Shown in pieces: positions 18,973 through 29,742 of a stretch of 64,000 bases of DNA (its first letter is position 1; each line of letters begins with the position of its first letter). The notes beneath the pieces are model-generated. The model was given only the letters and a program-made list of their open reading frames with translations, was not told where the DNA came from and ran no database searches. Source of the DNA: Bacteroidota bacterium (GTDB taxonomy: Bacteria > Bacteroidota > Bacteroidia > UBA4408); NCBI GenBank assembly GCA_046297395.1, contig JBKCNM010000075.1, positions 14,037 to 78,036 on the forward strand, given 5' to 3'. The position numbers and the translations under genes were made by a program.

Positions 18973-20925
18973 ATGCGAAACACTATGCATCACCGTCTGA
19001 TTATTTTAATTGCAATACTTGGCCTTTCAACAAGCCTTGGGGCACAAAACATTCCTGCAGGAGAAAACCTGATAATTGAAGGGGTTCCTTCGGTTCCCAA
19101 AAAGCTGGCTTCCGAACTGAATATGTACACCAATTCACGCAGTGCGGGCTTTGTAGATTTTCATCCGATTCATCGGGAGATTCTCGTTTCCACTCGTTTT
19201 GGAAACACAGCGCAGTTGCATGTGGTAAAGCAGGCTCTCGGCATGAGAAAACAACTTACTTTTTTTGAAGAGCCCGTTGGCGCTGCCAGTTATCAACCTA
19301 CAGAAGGAAAATATTTTGTTTTTAGCCGCGATGCTGGTGGAAATGAATTTGGTCAATTGTACCGCTACGACATGCAGGACGGACGCATTACGCTTCTTAC
19401 GGATGGAGGGCGTTCCCAGAATGGTGGGATGGTATGGAGCCATAAAGGCGATGAATTTTTATATGCAAGTACGAAAAGAAATGGTGCAGACAGGGATATC
19501 TACCTAATGAATCCGGAAAATCCCACTTCCGAAAAATTGATCGTTCAAAACAGCGGCGGGGGTTGGGGTGCCGAGAGCTGGGCACCGGACGACAAGCGTT
19601 TTATTATGGGAGAAAGCATTTCTGTGAATGAAAGCAGGCTTTGGCTTGTGGATGCTGCTACAGGAGAGAAAAAAAGACTGTCGCCCGAAACCAAGGAGCA
19701 GGCTGTTTTTGGAGATGCAGAATTTTCTTCAGATGGGAAGTCCATCTACCTCCTGACTGATTTGAACAGCGAATTTTTGGTCCTGGCAAAAATGAATTTA
19801 TCAAGCGGAAAAATACAGGTGATTACCTCAAAAATTCCTTGGGATGTGAGCGATTATGAAATTTCTCCTGATGGAAGCAAGCTGGTTTTTGTAACCAATG
19901 AGGCCGGATTGAGCAAAATGTACCTTCTTGATACATCTACAGATACATATGGTCCTGTGAATGAAATTCCTGAGGGTATTATTGGAGGAATCAAATGGCA
20001 TAACAACAACAAGGACATAGCCATCACTCACAGCCATGCACGATCAACGGCGGATGTTTATCTTTTTTCCGTGTTGGACCGAAAGTTAGAGCGCTGGACA
20101 GAGAGTGAGCTGGGCGGCTTGAATCCGGCTTCACTCAGCCCGGCGGAACTCATTCGATGGAAAAGCTTTGACGGTCAGGAAATCAGCGGGTTTTACTATA
20201 AACCTTCCGAAAAGTTTCAGGGCAAACGGCCGGTCATGATCATCATTCACGGAGGGCCGGAGGGCCAAAGTTTTCCGGGCTTTCAGGGCAGAAACAATTA
20301 TTACCTGAATGAGTTGGGAATTGCCTTGATATATCCCAATGTGAGGGGCAGTACCGGTTATGGAAAATCCTTTGTGAAAATGGACAATGGATATCTCCGT
20401 GAAAATTCTGTAAAAGACATTGGTGCATTGCTTGATTGGATTGCCAAGCAACCCGATCTAGACGCATCTAGGGTAATGACAATGGGAGGAAGCTATGGAG
20501 GCTATATGGCCTTGGCTTGTGCAACATTTTACAGCGACCGCATTCGTTGTTCAAACGATATCGTGGGCATTTCAAACTTCAACACCTTTTTAAAGAATAC
20601 CGAAAGCTACAGGCGGGACCTTAGAAGGGTTGAGTATGGTGATGAGCAAGATGCGAAGATGGCGGCGTTTTTAGAAAAAATCTCTCCACTAAACAATGTC
20701 AATAAAATCAAAATACCCATGTTTATTGTGCAGGGAGGCAACGATCCCCGGGTGCCCAGAACAGAAGCTACACAAATGGTGGAAGCCCTGAAAAAAAACA
20801 ACATCCCTGTTTGGTATCTTGAAGCAAAAGATGAGGGTCATGGTTTCCGAAAAAAGAACAATGCAGATTACCAGTTCTATTCCACCATTCTTTTTGTGAA
20901 AAAATACCTGCTTGGAATTGAGTAA
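18973..20925 (+). CDS. S9 family serine peptidase (prolyl oligopeptidase / dipeptidyl-peptidase family) with an N-terminal beta-propeller
   Basis: 650 aa with a signal peptide. The C-terminal alpha/beta-hydrolase carries the GGSYGGYMALA nucleophile elbow (GxSxGG), then ...GGNDPRV... and ...EGHGF (Asp/His). The N-terminal half is repeat-rich and propeller-like. Confidence 0.85.
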   Translation: MRNTMHHRLIILIAILGLSTSLGAQNIPAGENLIIEGVPSVPKKLASELNMYTNSRSAGFVDFHPIHREILVSTRFGNTAQLHVVKQALGMRKQLTFFEEPVGAASYQPTEGKYFVFSRDAGGNEFGQLYRYDMQDGRITLLTDGGRSQNGGMVWSHKGDEFLYASTKRNGADRDIYLMNPENPTSEKLIVQNSGGGWGAESWAPDDKRFIMGESISVNESRLWLVDAATGEKKRLSPETKEQAVFGDAEFSSDGKSIYLLTDLNSEFLVLAKMNLSSGKIQVITSKIPWDVSDYEISPDGSKLVFVTNEAGLSKMYLLDTSTDTYGPVNEIPEGIIGGIKWHNNNKDIAITHSHARSTADVYLFSVLDRKLERWTESELGGLNPASLSPAELIRWKSFDGQEISGFYYKPSEKFQGKRPVMIIIHGGPEGQSFPGFQGRNNYYLNELGIALIYPNVRGSTGYGKSFVKMDNGYLRENSVKDIGALLDWIAKQPDLDASRVMTMGGSYGGYMALACATFYSDRIRCSNDIVGISNFNTFLKNTESYRRDLRRVEYGDEQDAKMAAFLEKISPLNNVNKIKIPMFIVQGGNDPRVPRTEATQMVEALKKNNIPVWYLEAKDEGHGFRKKNNADYQFYSTILFVKKYLLGIE

Positions 20926-20966
20926 AAAGCTTTTTGATTGAGTGGCCGCAGTGTGGTACGGTAGGT

Positions 20967-21734
20967 TTATCGAAGTTGGAAACGCATTTGCCAAACACCC
21001 AAAAGGGCTTCTCTGAAAATGTGCGAGCTCATCTTTGAAGTGCCTTCTTTTCTGTCGATAAAAGTAATGGGTACCTCGCTGGCCCTGAATCCTGCACTGA
21101 TGGCACGGTACTTCATTTCTATCTGAAAGGCATAACCTACAAATCGAATTTGATCTAAGGCAATTCCCTCGAGCACACGCCTTGAATAGCATTTAAACCC
21201 TGCTGTTGTATCACGGATAGGTATCCAGAGAATCATGCGAACATACACACTGGCAAAATAGCTCATGAGTATTCTCCCAAGTGGCCAATTACTCACCCTG
21301 CCTCCTTTTACATACCGCGAGCCTATAGAAAAATCGTATCCTCTGTCATGAACAGCTTCATACAACCTGGGCAAGTCTTCAGGATTGTGTGAGAAATCTG
21401 CGTCCATCTCAAAGATGTATTCATACCCTTTTCGGAGGGCGTATTTGAAACCATGTATATAGGCTGTTCCAAGACCGGCTTTTCCGCTACGCTCTTCGAG
21501 ATAAAGTCCCGGGAATTCTTTTTGAAGTTCCCTCACTATACCGGCTGTACCATCGGGTGAACCATCGTCTACAATCAGAATATCAAAGGTAACAGGCAAA
21601 GAAAAAACCTTGCGAACAATCTTTTCGATGTTCTCTTTTTCATTGTAAGTAGGGATGATGACAAGCTTGCTGTCCAATTTGGTCACATTTTTGTGGTTAA
21701 AAGTAGTCACCTTTACGATATGAAACCATCCCAA
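20967..21734 (-). CDS. GT2 polyprenol-phosphate glycosyltransferase (dolichyl-/undecaprenyl-phosphate mannose or glucose synthase, DPM1/GtrB-like)
   Basis: 255 aa. LVIIPTYNEKENIEKIV...ILIVDDGSPDGT (a DxD-type motif). Typical length and layout for a soluble DPM1-like GT2. Confidence 0.8.
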   Translation of the reverse strand: MGWFHIVKVTTFNHKNVTKLDSKLVIIPTYNEKENIEKIVRKVFSLPVTFDILIVDDGSPDGTAGIVRELQKEFPGLYLEERSGKAGLGTAYIHGFKYALRKGYEYIFEMDADFSHNPEDLPRLYEAVHDRGYDFSIGSRYVKGGRVSNWPLGRILMSYFASVYVRMILWIPIRDTTAGFKCYSRRVLEGIALDQIRFVGYAFQIEMKYRAISAGFRASEVPITFIDRKEGTSKMSSHIFREALLGVWQMRFQLR

Positions 21735-22112
21735 CTCTTTTTTTATTTTGTGGCATCGGCCTCTGTTTTGTTTTTTTATGAATCATGGGGTGGTGAAAAG
21801 GCTGCCACAGCAGATTGCAAGCGCACAGGAAAAGCCAGCTATTACTCCAATAAATTCAAAGGCAGGAGAACAAGTAGCGGTCAAAAATACCACCCGGATA
21901 GCCTTACATGTGCACACCATAAACTACCCTTTGGAACCCTGCTCGAGGTAACCAATTTGAGCAATGGAAAAACTGTACGGGTGAGGGTAAACGACAGGCT
22001 TGGGCGCAAATCAAAAAGAATGGTTGACCTCAGTATGGCAGCGGCCCGTCAATTGGAGATGATTCATCAGGGCGTTATTCCTGTAAGGATTTCATGTGTG
22101 GAAAACCCATGA
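21693..22112 (+). CDS. RlpA-like double-psi beta-barrel (DPBB) domain protein (septal ring lytic transglycosylase RlpA family)
   Basis: GKASYYSNKFKGRRTSSGQKYHPDSLTCAHHKLPFGTLLEVTNLSNGKTVRVRVNDRLG matches the RlpA DPBB core (ASWYG....G..TA.GE.......tAAH..lP.gt.v.VtNl.NGksv.vrvNDRGP). The exact start is uncertain; an internal Met around 21720 precedes a signal peptide. Confidence 0.7.
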   Translation: MVKSSHLYDMKPSQLFFYFVASASVLFFYESWGGEKAATADCKRTGKASYYSNKFKGRRTSSGQKYHPDSLTCAHHKLPFGTLLEVTNLSNGKTVRVRVNDRLGRKSKRMVDLSMAAARQLEMIHQGVIPVRISCVENP

Positions 22113-22136
22113 AGCCATGAAGCCTCTTGCTATGAA

Positions 22137-23135
22137 ATGCTGAAAGCAGAATTTTTTTGGAAAAGAATATGGTATTTTTGCATGCCTATGAAACCGCTTC
22201 TTTCCCTTGGCTTTGTTTTATTGCTGGGCTTTTCTGCCCTGGCCCAAAACAAAACTGATGCCCAGGGCCGTAAACAGGGAAGCTGGAGCAAAGCCTTTAC
22301 TTCAGGAAAAACGCGTTATACCGGATTTTTTATAGATGATATCCCCGTGGGTAGCTTTCAGTATTTTCATGAAAATGGGAAGATAAAAGCCAAAAATTAT
22401 TTTTTTGAAAAAGGGAAAAAGGCAAAGGCAGAATTGTTCAATACAAAAGGGGAAAAGGAGGCAGAGGGATTGTATGTAGACAAATTAAAAGACAGCGTCT
22501 GGAATTATTACAACACCCAGGGAAAGCTGATTATGACAGAATCCTATAAACTAGGAAAGAAGCATGGAGTGTTTAAGGTATACTCTCCTGATGGCTTAAA
22601 AACAGAAGAAGTTATTACCTGGTTAAACAATGAAAAGCATGGGGCTTGGACACAATTTTATCCGGATGGAAGCAAACGAATTGAGGCTTATTACATGCAT
22701 GGTGAGTTGGACTCAGTGTTTAAGTTTTATTTTCAAGGAGGAAAAATAAAGATGGAAGGCAAGTACAGAAATGCCGGTAAGGTAGGGGAGTGGCTGGAAT
22801 ACAACAGCGATGGTTCTTTGCGTCTTCAAGAGATATATAAAAACGGTACACATCTGAGAACAACGCTCTTGAACGGCGTGTTTAAGCAGTATTATCCCAA
22901 TGGTTTTATCGAAAGCGAATACCAATACAAGAACGGCAAGAAAAATGGGCCCTTCACCGAGTATCACAACACCGGAAAAAAAGTAAAAAGAATGCGCACA
23001 AGCCCCGAAGGAGATCAGGAAATGTATGAGGAAGAAGAGGGTATTGTGATTAAAAGAAAAGGGGTGTTCAAAGACGATTTACCAGTGGGAACTATTGAAT
23101 CCTTTGACGAAAAAGGGAAACCCATAAAACAATAA
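22137..23135 (+). CDS. Secreted MORN-variant repeat protein (YwqK-like)
   Basis: 332 aa. Signal peptide, then eight or more repeats of the pattern G.W..Y+.NGk (WNYYNTQGKL, WTQFYPDGSK, WLEYNSDGSL, ...). Confidence 0.6.
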   Translation: MLKAEFFWKRIWYFCMPMKPLLSLGFVLLLGFSALAQNKTDAQGRKQGSWSKAFTSGKTRYTGFFIDDIPVGSFQYFHENGKIKAKNYFFEKGKKAKAELFNTKGEKEAEGLYVDKLKDSVWNYYNTQGKLIMTESYKLGKKHGVFKVYSPDGLKTEEVITWLNNEKHGAWTQFYPDGSKRIEAYYMHGELDSVFKFYFQGGKIKMEGKYRNAGKVGEWLEYNSDGSLRLQEIYKNGTHLRTTLLNGVFKQYYPNGFIESEYQYKNGKKNGPFTEYHNTGKKVKRMRTSPEGDQEMYEEEEGIVIKRKGVFKDDLPVGTIESFDEKGKPIKQ

Positions 23136-23171
23136 AAAACCAAAAAATCCTCACTCAAGTAGTGTAAATCC

Positions 23172-24278
23172 ATGAAAGGAGAAAAAGTTCTTGTAGCAAT
23201 GAGTGGTGGCATCGATAGTTCGGTGGCTGCCTTACTATTGCATGAACAGGGATATGAGGTAATTGGTATTACCATGAAAACCTGGGATTACGCAACTTCC
23301 GGCGGGAGTAGCAAGGAAACCGGCTGTTGCAGTCTCGATTCCATCAATGATGCGCGCAGCTTAGCGGTTGACCGTGGATTTCCTCACTACATCCTGGATA
23401 TCCGAGACGAGTTCGGAACCTTTATCATCGACAATTTTGTGGAAGAATACCTTGCCGGCAGAACTCCGAACCCATGTGTTTTGTGCAATACCCATATCAA
23501 GTGGGAGGCCTTGCTTAAGCGTGCCGACATGCTTGGCTGTAAGTATATTGCCACAGGACATTACGCACGCATTCGCATGGAAAATGGCCGATATGTCATA
23601 TCCAGAGGAAGAGACACTAACAAAGACCAGAGTTATGTGCTCTGGGGATTGAGGCAAGAGGTTTTGTCGAGAACACTGCTCCCGCTGGGCTCTTTTACCA
23701 AGCCGGAAATAAGAGCCATGGCGGCCGACAGGGGGTATCAGGCGCTGGCGAACAAAAGCGAGAGTTACGAAATATGTTTTGTACCTGACAACGATTATAG
23801 AGGTTTTTTAAAACGAAAAGTCGAGGGCCTTGAGGAAAAAGTTGAGGGAGGCAATTTTGTTTTAAAAGATGGCCGTGTTGTGGGTACCCACAAGGGCTAT
23901 CCTTTTTATACCATTGGACAAAGAAAAGGGCTGGAGATCGCCTTGGGTCAACCCATGTTCGTTACGGCCATTGTCCCCGAAACAAATACGGTGGTATTGG
24001 GAACAAAAGAAGATCTTGATGAACTTTCCATGGAGGTTGTGAACCCCAACTTTATCAAATATGAAGGTCTCACAAAAGACGAAGAATGGTTGGTTCGCGT
24101 GCGCTACAAAGATGCAGGAACCATGGCAACCGTAAGGTCTTCCGGAAATGATGTTCAGGTGGTTTTTCATCAAGCTGTTAGTGGCATAGCTCCCGGACAA
24201 TCTGCTGTTTTCTACGAAGGCGATGACCTGGTGGGAGGCGGTTTTATCAGAAGGAAAAAACATGTTTCGGTCATCTAA
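23172..24278 (+). CDS. mnmA: tRNA-specific 2-thiouridylase MnmA
   Basis: 368 aa. The PP-loop VLVAMSGGIDSSVAA is at the N-terminus. The catalytic Cys region (...PNPCVLCN...) and the length match MnmA/TrmU. Confidence 0.9.
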   Translation: MKGEKVLVAMSGGIDSSVAALLLHEQGYEVIGITMKTWDYATSGGSSKETGCCSLDSINDARSLAVDRGFPHYILDIRDEFGTFIIDNFVEEYLAGRTPNPCVLCNTHIKWEALLKRADMLGCKYIATGHYARIRMENGRYVISRGRDTNKDQSYVLWGLRQEVLSRTLLPLGSFTKPEIRAMAADRGYQALANKSESYEICFVPDNDYRGFLKRKVEGLEEKVEGGNFVLKDGRVVGTHKGYPFYTIGQRKGLEIALGQPMFVTAIVPETNTVVLGTKEDLDELSMEVVNPNFIKYEGLTKDEEWLVRVRYKDAGTMATVRSSGNDVQVVFHQAVSGIAPGQSAVFYEGDDLVGGGFIRRKKHVSVI

Positions 24279-24990
24279 TTTCCATTTCTCCCATTGCTGG
24301 CTTTTTTTGGCCCTCTCGCTCTCGCTTTACGGTTGTGTTAAAGATCCCGTTATTCCGCCGATGCAGGCCTTGCCGGGCATTACCTATGCACCCCTTCATC
24401 AGGGCAAATACGCTGTTTACAGAATAGACTCACTGGTGAGAAATGATTTTACAGGAACGATCGATTCCTTTGTTTACTATCTGAAGGAAGTGATGTACCT
24501 GGATGAAAACAATCCGGCTTTGGGCGCAACTTTGTTTCGTATAGAGCGATCCTATTCCTCTAGGCCCGATTCGTTTCCAAACACAAGAATTTGGTCCGGC
24601 TTCAGAGATGCGGGAGCGCTGGTTGTTAATGAAGAAAATGTTCCTGTAATCAAATTGAATTTTCCGCTTACTCAAGGAAAAAATTGGGATGGAAACGCAA
24701 GAAATACAAAGGGTTCTCAAACTTATACCTGTATCAAACTACATGAAAACTTCTTGTTGAACCAAGTGCGATTCGACTCTACCGCATGGATTCTTCAACA
24801 GGCAGACTCCAATCTGATAGAGTTAAATTATGAACGGGAAATTTACAGCACTGCCTGTGGAATGACCAAGAGAGAATTGTTGAAATTACAAGACACCAAA
24901 ACATCCCTGGATATTTCTATCCCTTTGCGAACGCGAGCAAACAAAGGATATACACTCACCCAGACCGTTATCAATTTCGGAAAACCATGA
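24262..24990 (+). CDS. Hypothetical lipoprotein
   Basis: Lipobox LSLYGC after a hydrophobic signal. No catalytic motif. Start chosen at the internal Met (MFRSSNF) to limit overlap with mnmA. Confidence 0.45.
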   Translation: MFRSSNFHFSHCWLFLALSLSLYGCVKDPVIPPMQALPGITYAPLHQGKYAVYRIDSLVRNDFTGTIDSFVYYLKEVMYLDENNPALGATLFRIERSYSSRPDSFPNTRIWSGFRDAGALVVNEENVPVIKLNFPLTQGKNWDGNARNTKGSQTYTCIKLHENFLLNQVRFDSTAWILQQADSNLIELNYEREIYSTACGMTKRELLKLQDTKTSLDISIPLRTRANKGYTLTQTVINFGKP

Positions 24991-26660
24991 GAAATAAGAT
25001 TTGTTTATTGATTCTCCTTGCGGGGATTCTTTCTCAAGAGCTACAAGCCCAACCACTGCTTGGCTCTAATTTATATGAGATTGTCTTTACTGATAAAAAT
25101 AATTCGCCCTACAATGTGCAAAACCCTGAGGTTTTTTTGTCTGCCAGGGCTCTTTCACGAAGAACTCTTCGGGGAATATCGGTAAGCGCACAGGATTTTC
25201 CGGTTAACCCCTCCTATGTGCAGAGCGTTGCGCAAACAGGAGCGGTGATCAGGGGAAAGAGCCGGTGGCGAAACAGTGTACTTGTATTAATTACAGACTC
25301 GTCCCAACTCAATGGTATTTTGCAATTGCCTTTTGTAAATAACGCAGGAGCGCTTAACCGATTGTCATCGGTTCCTGATACCCTAAAATTCAGGAACGAT
25401 GATACACATGCGGCTTCACTCCAACAATCGAAAATCATCTCAAACCAGCCTTTCGATTATGGGATTGCTGCTGCGCAGATCCATCAGATTGCCGGGGAAG
25501 GCTTACACCAACAAGGCTACCTGGGGCAAGACATGGTGATTGCTGTTTTTGATGCAGGGTTTCCAGGGGTGAATACCCTTCCGGTTTTTGACAGTTTGCG
25601 CTCCCAGAACCGCATTTTGGGTACCTGGGATTTTGCCGGTATGAGCAACCAGGTTTTTTCTTTTCACCCACATGGTACAAACACCCTCAGCTGCATGGCA
25701 GCCAACTTGCCCGGAGTAATGATTGGCACCGCACCAAGGGCCTCTTATTATCTTTACAGGACAGAGGTTGCCGAAACAGAAAATCCGGTAGAGGAATATT
25801 ATTGGGTGGAAGCGGCAGAGGCAGCAGACAGCGTAGGAGCAGATATTATCTCATCTTCTCTGGGCTACACCACCTACGACCGCAATGAACAAAGTTATTC
25901 CACGCAAGACATGAACGGCAGCACAGCCATTTGCACAAATGGTGCAGACATTGCCGTATCTAAAGGAATGCTGGTGGTAAACTCCGCAGGCAATTCAGGT
26001 GCATCTTCCTGGAGAATCATTTCTGCTCCTGCTGATGGCGACAGTGTGTTTGCAATTGGTGCTGTAAACAGGGAAGGCTTTCTTGCCAATTTTTCTTCCA
26101 GGGGCCCAACCGCCGATCTTCGCATCAAGCCGGATGTATGTGCCTTGGGAGAAGGTGCGGCTATTGCGCTAAGCGGGGGAGGAACAGGTTATGCCAACGG
26201 CACATCCTTTTCTTGTCCGGTTATTGCAGGAATGAGTGCCTGCTTATGGCAGGCTTTACCCGGACTTCATCCTACGGAGTTGATGACCCGCATCAGGCTA
26301 ACGGCCTCTCTTGCCAATACCCCTGATACTTATTTTGGTTGGGGCATCCCCAATTTTTCACTGGCATTACTGGGTATAAATGAATTGTCTAAAAACACCT
26401 CTCTGGGTAAACCCGTTTTGTTTCCCAACCCGGTGGGTCAAAATGAATTACAGTTTTTGTGGCTAAGTCGCGACAGCCAAACCATTCGAATCAGGGTGTT
26501 TGATGCCGGCGGAAGAGAGGTCATAAACACGGAGAAATATGTCCCTGCAGGAAGTTATCAGGCCCATGCTGTCGATGGATTTTCCTCGCTTTATCAGGGT
26601 GTATATGTTGTTCATCTGCAATCTCGCGGATATACTTATGTAAGCGGAGTGATCCGATGA
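24987..26660 (+). CDS. S8 family subtilisin-like serine peptidase with a T9SS C-terminal sorting domain
   Basis: 557 aa with a signal peptide. Catalytic triad context: AVFDAGF (Asp), HGTNTLSCMA (His), GTSFSCPVIAGMSACLWQ (Ser). The C-terminal ~80 aa (LFPNPVGQNELQFLW...GVYVVHLQSRGYTYVSGVIR) match the T9SS CTD pattern. Confidence 0.85.
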   Translation: MRNKICLLILLAGILSQELQAQPLLGSNLYEIVFTDKNNSPYNVQNPEVFLSARALSRRTLRGISVSAQDFPVNPSYVQSVAQTGAVIRGKSRWRNSVLVLITDSSQLNGILQLPFVNNAGALNRLSSVPDTLKFRNDDTHAASLQQSKIISNQPFDYGIAAAQIHQIAGEGLHQQGYLGQDMVIAVFDAGFPGVNTLPVFDSLRSQNRILGTWDFAGMSNQVFSFHPHGTNTLSCMAANLPGVMIGTAPRASYYLYRTEVAETENPVEEYYWVEAAEAADSVGADIISSSLGYTTYDRNEQSYSTQDMNGSTAICTNGADIAVSKGMLVVNSAGNSGASSWRIISAPADGDSVFAIGAVNREGFLANFSSRGPTADLRIKPDVCALGEGAAIALSGGGTGYANGTSFSCPVIAGMSACLWQALPGLHPTELMTRIRLTASLANTPDTYFGWGIPNFSLALLGINELSKNTSLGKPVLFPNPVGQNELQFLWLSRDSQTIRIRVFDAGGREVINTEKYVPAGSYQAHAVDGFSSLYQGVYVVHLQSRGYTYVSGVIR

Positions 26661-26744
26661 TGCAGGGTGTTTCTTATCTCATTAAACGATAAAAGGATGC
26701 ATCCGAAGGATCGCCGCCTACCTGCATTTGCTTTGCCTGCTTGC

Positions 26745-27482
26745 TCACCATTTCTTTTTGAAATCTCCCCTGGAGAAGTACTTTTCTATGAAACAATAGC
26801 AGAGGATAAAAAAGTAACGACTTCCCATTTCTCTTATTTTTAATTTGGAAACACCATGCTTTCTGTTGGTCCATGAGTTGGGTAAAACAGTATAGGAATA
26901 TCCCCTTATAATGGCTTTCAGAGGAAGCTCTACTGTAAGATTGAAATGGGGTGACAAAAAGGGTTTTATGCCTTCAATGGTATGTCGCTTATATAGTTTA
27001 AAAGCATTTGTGGTATCGTTGTATTTGATGTTCATCATCAAACGGATAATCTGATTGGCAATTCGGTTGATGATTTTTTTTAAGCGCGGATAATCAATCG
27101 TTCTTCCTCCTTTGATAAATCGACTTCCAAAAACACAATCATAATTGCCTTCCAGCATGGTTTGATAAAATTTAATCAAATCTTCGGGGGCATCGGATAA
27201 ATCTGCCATCACCACGGCTACACAATCTCCGGCAAATCGCTCCAAACCATAACGAACAGCATATCCGAATCCATTGGGACCCAAATTGGTCTCAAACTTC
27301 AGCGATGGATAGCGCTGAGACAGTTTCTTTAATACAGAAAGTGTGTTGTCTTTTGAGTTGTCGTTGACCACGAATATCTCATGATCAATTTTTTTTTCAT
27401 CAAGAGCAGCTATCAATTCAGAAACCGTTTTTTCTATTGATTCCTCTTCGTTATAGGCAGGAATAACCACGCTCAACTTCAT
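26745..27482 (-). CDS. GT2 polyprenol-phosphate glycosyltransferase (DPM1/GtrB-like)
   Basis: 245 aa. [20 protein letters not shown]...[11 protein letters not shown]. Second paralog of the 20967..21734 gene. It overlaps the upstream epimerase gene by 4 nt, so the two form an operon. Confidence 0.8.
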   Translation of the reverse strand: MKLSVVIPAYNEEESIEKTVSELIAALDEKKIDHEIFVVNDNSKDNTLSVLKKLSQRYPSLKFETNLGPNGFGYAVRYGLERFAGDCVAVVMADLSDAPEDLIKFYQTMLEGNYDCVFGSRFIKGGRTIDYPRLKKIINRIANQIIRLMMNIKYNDTTNAFKLYKRHTIEGIKPFLSPHFNLTVELPLKAIIRGYSYTVLPNSWTNRKHGVSKLKIREMGSRYFFILCYCFIEKYFSRGDFKKKW

Positions 27483-28546
27483 GCTTTTCTGCTGATAAGA
27501 CCCTCATGAATTTGTTTGAGGATGTCATTGATGCCGTATTTGTGATTCCAGCCCGGATAGTGGTCTTTGAATTTCCTTACATCACTAATCCACCAGATGT
27601 GGTCGCCAATTCGATTGTCCTGGGCATAGGTATAATTCATTTTGTTTCCGGTGATGGCCTCACACAAGGTGATGGCCTCTTTCATGGAGCAATTGGAAAA
27701 TCTTCCTCCACCTGCGTTATAAACTTCACCAAGACGAGGCTGCTGATAAAAATGCCAGAACATGTTCACCAGGTCATAGCTATGAATATTGTCGCGCACC
27801 TGCTTTCCTTTGTATCCAAAAATGGTGTATTGTTCGCCTGTTATTGCGCACTTCATCAGGTATGCCAGAAAGCCATGCAGCTGCGTACCCGAATGGTTTG
27901 GACCGGTAAGACATCCTCCTCTGAAAATGCCGGATTTCATACCAAAATATCGGCCATATTCCTGCACCAAAACATCTGCTGCTACCTTGGATGCCCCAAA
28001 AAGCGAGTGCTTGGTTTGGTCAATGCTCATCTTTTCATCTATTCCTTCTTTGTAATAGGGATGAGATTCGTCTATTTCCCATCGGTTTTCAAGCTCTACC
28101 AAAGGCAAAAAATTGGGCGTGTCGCCGTAAACCTTGTTGGTAGAAGTGAAAATAAAGGTGGCATCCGGACAATGTTTTCTTGTCATCTCAAGAAGATTCA
28201 GCGTGCCGTTTGCATTGACCGTAAAATCGGTGATAGGCTCACGGGCAGCCCAATCGTGACTGGGTTGAGCAGCGGTATGAATAATGAGCTTGATGTCGGT
28301 ACCATATTCTGAAAACACTTTTTCCAATGCTTTTTCATCTCTGATGTCGGCGCTGTAGTGCTTGAAGTTGGGAATTCGTTCTGATAGTTTTTTTGTATTC
28401 CATTCGGTGGATGCATTGTCACCGAAAAAATAGGCCCGCATATTGTTATCAATCCCTATTATCGTATCAAACTTGTCGGAAAAAAACATCACGGATTCGC
28501 TTCCAATCAACCCTGATGACCCTGTAATTAGGCAAATATTACTCAT
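27479..28546 (-). CDS. NAD-dependent epimerase/dehydratase family protein (sugar-nucleotide modifying SDR)
   Basis: 355 aa. Rossmann motif [16 protein letters not shown] at the N-terminus and an extended-SDR YxxxK region ([11 protein letters not shown]). Confidence 0.75.
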   Translation of the reverse strand: MSNICLITGSSGLIGSESVMFFSDKFDTIIGIDNNMRAYFFGDNASTEWNTKKLSERIPNFKHYSADIRDEKALEKVFSEYGTDIKLIIHTAAQPSHDWAAREPITDFTVNANGTLNLLEMTRKHCPDATFIFTSTNKVYGDTPNFLPLVELENRWEIDESHPYYKEGIDEKMSIDQTKHSLFGASKVAADVLVQEYGRYFGMKSGIFRGGCLTGPNHSGTQLHGFLAYLMKCAITGEQYTIFGYKGKQVRDNIHSYDLVNMFWHFYQQPRLGEVYNAGGGRFSNCSMKEAITLCEAITGNKMNYTYAQDNRIGDHIWWISDVRKFKDHYPGWNHKYGINDILKQIHEGLISRKA

Positions 28547-28677
28547 GTGTTTGGCGTGTTTTTAAGCATTAAAATAATTGTCGTCAACACCCTCTGAAAG
28601 GAGAATGGAACAGCTGTATCTAATTGATCCGTAGGGCGTATCATCTTGTAGGTCTATCCCGTTGTTTTGGTTTTCCT

Positions 28678-29742
28678 TTAATCGTGAAGGATGGTTTTTA
28701 ATTGTTTTTCGTTTTTACCTATCCATGCAAAGATGTCTACAAACACATCCTCCACCGATTTCTGAGGGCGCCAACCGGTACTTTCGGTTAATTGGGAATG
28801 ATTGGTAATAAACAGCCTGAGATCGGCGGGGCGGTTTTCCTGCTCGCGTGAGATGGTGATTTTGTTACCTGTTATTTTCTCACAAATGGCGGTCATTTCG
28901 AGCAGAGAAGCGCTGTTTTGAAGGCCACCACCGGCGTTGTATATCTTGTTTTGAAAACGCCGGATGTCATGTATCTGCATGTCAACAAGGCGAACAAGGT
29001 CATCCACATGCAAGATATCGCGTACTTGTTTTCCCATGCCCCCATAACCAATGTACTTGAGTGGACTTTTCCAATAATGCCGCGCCATCCAAAGTGTGAC
29101 AACACCCTGGTCGGTTTTTCCCATTTGTCTTGGTCCTGCTATTACACCAAACCTGGTGATTGCTGCATCAAGCTTATAAAACTCGGCATATTCCTGAATG
29201 AGTAATTCCGATGCCAGCTTGGTGGTTCCATAAAATGAGCGCGGGCCCAACAGGCTGAGTTCTTCAGAAATTCCTTCTCTGGATATGCCCGCTTCTGTTT
29301 GTTCAGGAGAAAATGAAAACCGTGTTTCTTCCTCAACGAATCCCGCTTTTTCTATTCTTTCTATGGGATATACCCGGCTTGTTGAAAGAAAAATAAGCTT
29401 GGCCTTGTGTTTTAAACAGGCGTTGAAACAATGAATGGATCCGCTCAGGTTGTTGTTGATGATATATGTGGGATTGCTGTCTAATCCTGCCATTACAGAA
29501 GGCTCTGCTGAGGCTTCAACAAGGACATCAAATCCACCAACGGCATCAATATCTTCAGGGCTTCTGATGTCACCATGAAAAAAAAGTACGCCTGTTGCTT
29601 TTAGCTCAGAAAGATTTAACTCTGATCCTCTTCGCTTGAGGTTGTCGAGTGCTATGATTTGGTATGAAGGGTACTTTTGCTTGAGTTGGAGGCATAGTGC
29701 AGAGCCTACGAATCCGGCTCCCCCGGTAATCAGAATTTTCAT
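28678..29742 (-). CDS. NAD-dependent epimerase/dehydratase family protein (CDP-/UDP-sugar epimerase-like extended SDR)
   Basis: 354 aa. MKILITGGAGFVGSALCLQL at the N-terminus and YGTTKLASELL (YxxxK). Confidence 0.8.
   Translation of the reverse strand: MKILITGGAGFVGSALCLQLKQKYPSYQIIALDNLKRRGSELNLSELKATGVLFFHGDIRSPEDIDAVGGFDVLVEASAEPSVMAGLDSNPTYIINNNLSGSIHCFNACLKHKAKLIFLSTSRVYPIERIEKAGFVEEETRFSFSPEQTEAGISREGISEELSLLGPRSFYGTTKLASELLIQEYAEFYKLDAAITRFGVIAGPRQMGKTDQGVVTLWMARHYWKSPLKYIGYGGMGKQVRDILHVDDLVRLVDMQIHDIRRFQNKIYNAGGGLQNSASLLEMTAICEKITGNKITISREQENRPADLRLFITNHSQLTESTGWRPQKSVEDVFVDIFAWIGKNEKQLKTILHD

Noticed and set aside
27506-28312. 268-aa ORF on the plus strand
   Set aside because: It is entirely antisense to the well-supported epimerase gene 27479..28546 and has no protein-like motifs. 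It is a shadow ORF.
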